Assembly (NCBI GenBank): GCA_048883105.1
Contig: JBHLQY010000005.1
Location: 1 to 57,284, forward strand
Reading direction: 5' to 3'
Source: Candidatus Thorarchaeota archaeon
GTDB taxonomy: Archaea > Asgardarchaeota > Lokiarchaeia > Sigyniarchaeales > SOKP01
DNA: 57,284 bases
The position numbers and the translations under genes are program-made. The notes under the pieces were generated by a model. The model ran no database searches. It had not been told where the DNA came from and saw only the letters and a list, made by a program, of their open reading frames with translations. Below are positions 56,531 to 57,284 of the stretch, piece by piece (within the stretch, counting starts at the first letter, position 1; every line of letters starts with the position of its first letter).

Positions 56531-56968
56531 ATGAAAAAAATAAAAGTCTTATTCATTTGTACTGGAAATTCAGTGCGCTCTCAGATGGCAGAAGGATTAA
56601 TTAATAATTTTTATAGAGATAATTTCGAAGCATTTAGCGCAGGGACAAATCCATCAAAAATAAATCCTAATGCTATTAAAGTTATGGAAGAAATAGGTAT
56701 CGATATATCAAAACAACGCTCAAAATCTATTTCTAAATTCAATGGTGTTAAATTCGATATCGTCATAACTGTTTGTGATAATGCCAAAAAAGTATGTCCC
56801 TTCTTTCCTGGAGCAAAAGAAATGATTCATGCTCCATTTGATGACCCCGCTGCATTTAAAGGACCAGATGATAAAATTTTAGATTTATTTAAATCTGTTA
56901 GAGATCAAATAAAAAACTGGATTGACGAGAATTTAATAGATGTTGCTATTAAAATAAAAACAAAGTAG
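56531..56968 (+). CDS. arsC: Arsenate reductase, thioredoxin-coupled LMW-PTP type
   Basis: CTGNSVRSQMAEG, SAG, VCD....CP, DDP. Confidence 0.9.
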   Translation: MKKIKVLFICTGNSVRSQMAEGLINNFYRDNFEAFSAGTNPSKINPNAIKVMEEIGIDISKQRSKSISKFNGVKFDIVITVCDNAKKVCPFFPGAKEMIHAPFDDPAAFKGPDDKILDLFKSVRDQIKNWIDENLIDVAIKIKTK

Positions 56969-56978
56969 GTGAGATTAA

Positions 56979-57236
56979 TTGCCAACCTCAATAGAAGAAA
57001 TTAAAAAAAATGAAAATGCATTAGAGCTTAAAGAAAAGATATATCAAATATTAGAAGAACATAAGGAATACGGTCTTAAATTAGATGAAATAGAATTTAA
57101 TTTGATACTTAAAAGTGAATCTAAATTTAGTTTTGGTGGTAAGTTGTTCTTATATAATTTATTACAAGATTTAGTTAAACAAAGTAAAATTAAATCTTTA
57201 ATTTCGAAAGGAACTGAGTATTTTTTTAGAGAATAA
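56979..57236 (+). CDS. Small hypothetical protein, winged-helix-like
   Basis: 85 aa, TTG start after AGGTGA; I...L......GL...EI...L..LV....I pattern. Confidence 0.55.
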   Translation: MPTSIEEIKKNENALELKEKIYQILEEHKEYGLKLDEIEFNLILKSESKFSFGGKLFLYNLLQDLVKQSKIKSLISKGTEYFFRE

Positions 57237-57284
57237 AAACAGGACTATTTTTTAGTTTTAATTAGAAATCTATATCAACCATTA

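Overview
AT-rich, gene-dense chromosomal window from an Asgard archaeon, most likely Lokiarchaeia. The assignment rests on archaeal information-processing genes plus Rab/Arf-like GTPases, a roadblock protein, an ESCRT-III/Snf7 homolog, a steadiness-box-like protein and an archaeal histone. Core clusters: eno, METTL5-csl4-rpoL, EF-1alpha, aIF2alpha-nop10, priL-priS-GINS, PCNA, RPA14, L44e-S27e, rpoA1-rpoA2-L30e-nusA-S12-S7 and pus10-L21e-rpoF-DUF655-ksgA. It also holds metabolic genes and a phoU/DUF47-flanked ABC importer. I recognised no tRNA, rRNA, CRISPR array or IS element. The standout is a cold-shock-domain gene missed by the ORF track (38968..39267, +). It is interrupted by a 30-nt insert with two in-frame stops that folds into a bulge-helix-bulge motif. 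Cleavage at the standard splicing-endonuclease positions exactly restores the conserved VK-WF motif, making it a candidate tRNA-type intron in an Asgard mRNA. Other notable items: three genes apparently starting at ATA/ATC; an HTH-ATP-cone fusion to an apparently dead class III RNR fold; a putative non-Pst phosphate/oxyanion ABC importer with reciprocally degenerate ATPases; a histone-H1-like repeat tail on RpoA'; and a hemK2-like remnant in frame behind ksgA. All calls come from reading the sequence and recalled motifs; no searches were run.
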